Positions 62,751-64,000 of a DNA stretch of 64,000 nt are shown here, one piece after another (the first letter of the stretch is position 1; each line of letters begins with the position of its first letter). A program made the position numbers and the translations under genes. The stretch is from Hydrolagus colliei (taxonomy: Eukaryota): contig CM068752.1 of the NCBI GenBank assembly GCA_035084275.1, forward strand, positions 12,710,001-12,774,000, read 5' to 3'. A model generated the notes under the pieces. The model was not told the DNA's origin. It did not search any database and saw nothing but the letters and a program-made list of their open reading frames with translations.

Positions 62751-63789
62751 TATTTCAGTTTCAAAATATTTAGCTGGCTGAAAATGATCACTTGTTGCAG
62801 ACGGCTCGCGAGATCAGATCCCAGAGGCAGTGGAAGCAGAAGCAAATCAATGGCATAGTGGACTGTGCAGGGAGCTTCCAAAACTTCTCTACCCTTTTCA
62901 CACACTGTATGAAATGGGGAACCAGCACACCAATTACCATGATGAATCCCTACTGATCACTGGAGGTGTGAACTGCTGGCAGTAGAGCTCAGTAATGGCT
63001 CCGTCATTGTTCAATGGCTGATGTGATATTGTCAATATTGCAAGTGACTTTTCCCCTCGAAATTAGTTTGAGAATGTCTTTCCAATTTTGATCATGTTTC
63101 TCGACTTTTTTCAATTATGAATTTTAATAAGTATTGTGGTTGTTGCTTTTTCCATTTAAGTATGACACGTGTTTGCTGTAGATTATAGATTGGGTCCTTT
63201 TTCTATTCAAAGCCCAGTTTCAAGACTCTTTTAAACTTTCCCTTATCGTGGATTCCGTTGCACCTAATATTCCTCCAGTTTCATATCCCCACTGATGAAT
63301 GCAGCCCTTTCCCACCTCATCAGATTCTTCTGCGTCAGCAACACAAAAATGGTTGTGAATGGTACAGTATTCATCAACTCCCATCGTCACCCTTTCCTAT
63401 AATATACAGGTTTGTTTCTATTCTACCTCTTCTTTGGATAGAATAATTAACTTAATCATTTTAAATTAAATTTGGGTGTATATTGGCCTTTCACATTGGG
63501 TGGACATCACAAAAGTGCTTCACAGACGTAATCCTCTAATGTAGCACGAGTGCTCAATATAGACCTAGGGTGTGGATGGTAAGAAAACAGAGTAAATGCA
63601 ACAGTGCACCCAACGAGTTGGTAATCAATTGCTTCTGACAATGTCAGTTTGAGGAGTGATACAAGGAGCCTCTGGGTATCAGAAATGGAAGCCTATCCTC
63701 TGCTGATATTGCTGTATTTGCATATAAAGTATTGATATGTTCATGAATTTGCTAGTTCAAATTGCTTTGCAGATTAATAGAAATATAGA

Positions 63790-63960
63790 TACATAGACAT
63801 AGAAACAGGAGTACACTATTTAGCTCCTCGAGCTTGTTCTGCAACTTTATAACATCATGGCTGATCTATACCACAATCCCAGTTACCCACCCTTACCCCA
63901 TATCCCGTAATACTCTGATCTAACATATATTTATCTAACTCTGTCTTGAAACCATCCATG
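63790..63960 (-). mobile_element. Degraded CR1 3' end
   Basis: catagaaacaggagta...atcatggctgatct, similar to 26040-26200. Confidence 0.7.
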
Positions 63961-64000
63961 TGTTCTTCGGGCAGGTTTACTCCATTAATGGATGATGTAT

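Larger units (their letters stand above)
60792..62770 (+). other. FBXW11: Probable terminal non-coding exon (3'UTR) of FBXW11
   Basis: Strong polypyrimidine acceptor tttttctttattttcttgcacag| at 60791. About 2 kb with no recognisable TE, following a TE-rich intron. AATAAA at 61581/61585 and 62745. Boundaries inferred. Confidence 0.65.

Overview
Eukaryotic vertebrate genomic DNA. The repeat content (CR1 and L2 LINEs, tRNA-derived SINEs, Deu-domain SINEs) suggests a cartilaginous fish, possibly a chimaera; this is inference. The window holds most of one + strand gene, FBXW11 (beta-TrCP2; F-box plus 7 WD40 substrate receptor of an SCF ubiquitin ligase). I assembled 11 coding exons by hand, all with GT-AG junctions and consistent phases (10599..53523, 1542 nt = 513 aa + TAA). 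The ATG exon was not found and probably lies upstream of the window. A splice donor 28 nt after the stop implies a 3'UTR intron, and the probable terminal exon is about 60792-62770. Introns are packed with LINE fragments, SINEs and several intact DNA-transposon MITEs with clear TIRs and TSDs. Most listed ORFs are spurious or TE-derived. I find no convincing novel protein-coding system. The best leads are RNA-level or TE-level: a LINE/SINE 3' stem-loop with covariation, recurrent ~55-nt minimal L2 tails, a composite fold-back SINE, a 240-nt hairpin, a near-identical inverted CR1 pair bracketing ten coding exons, two candidate cryptic exons, and miR-183/96/182 seed sites split by two poly(A) signals. 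Repeat boundaries are approximate and were read by eye.
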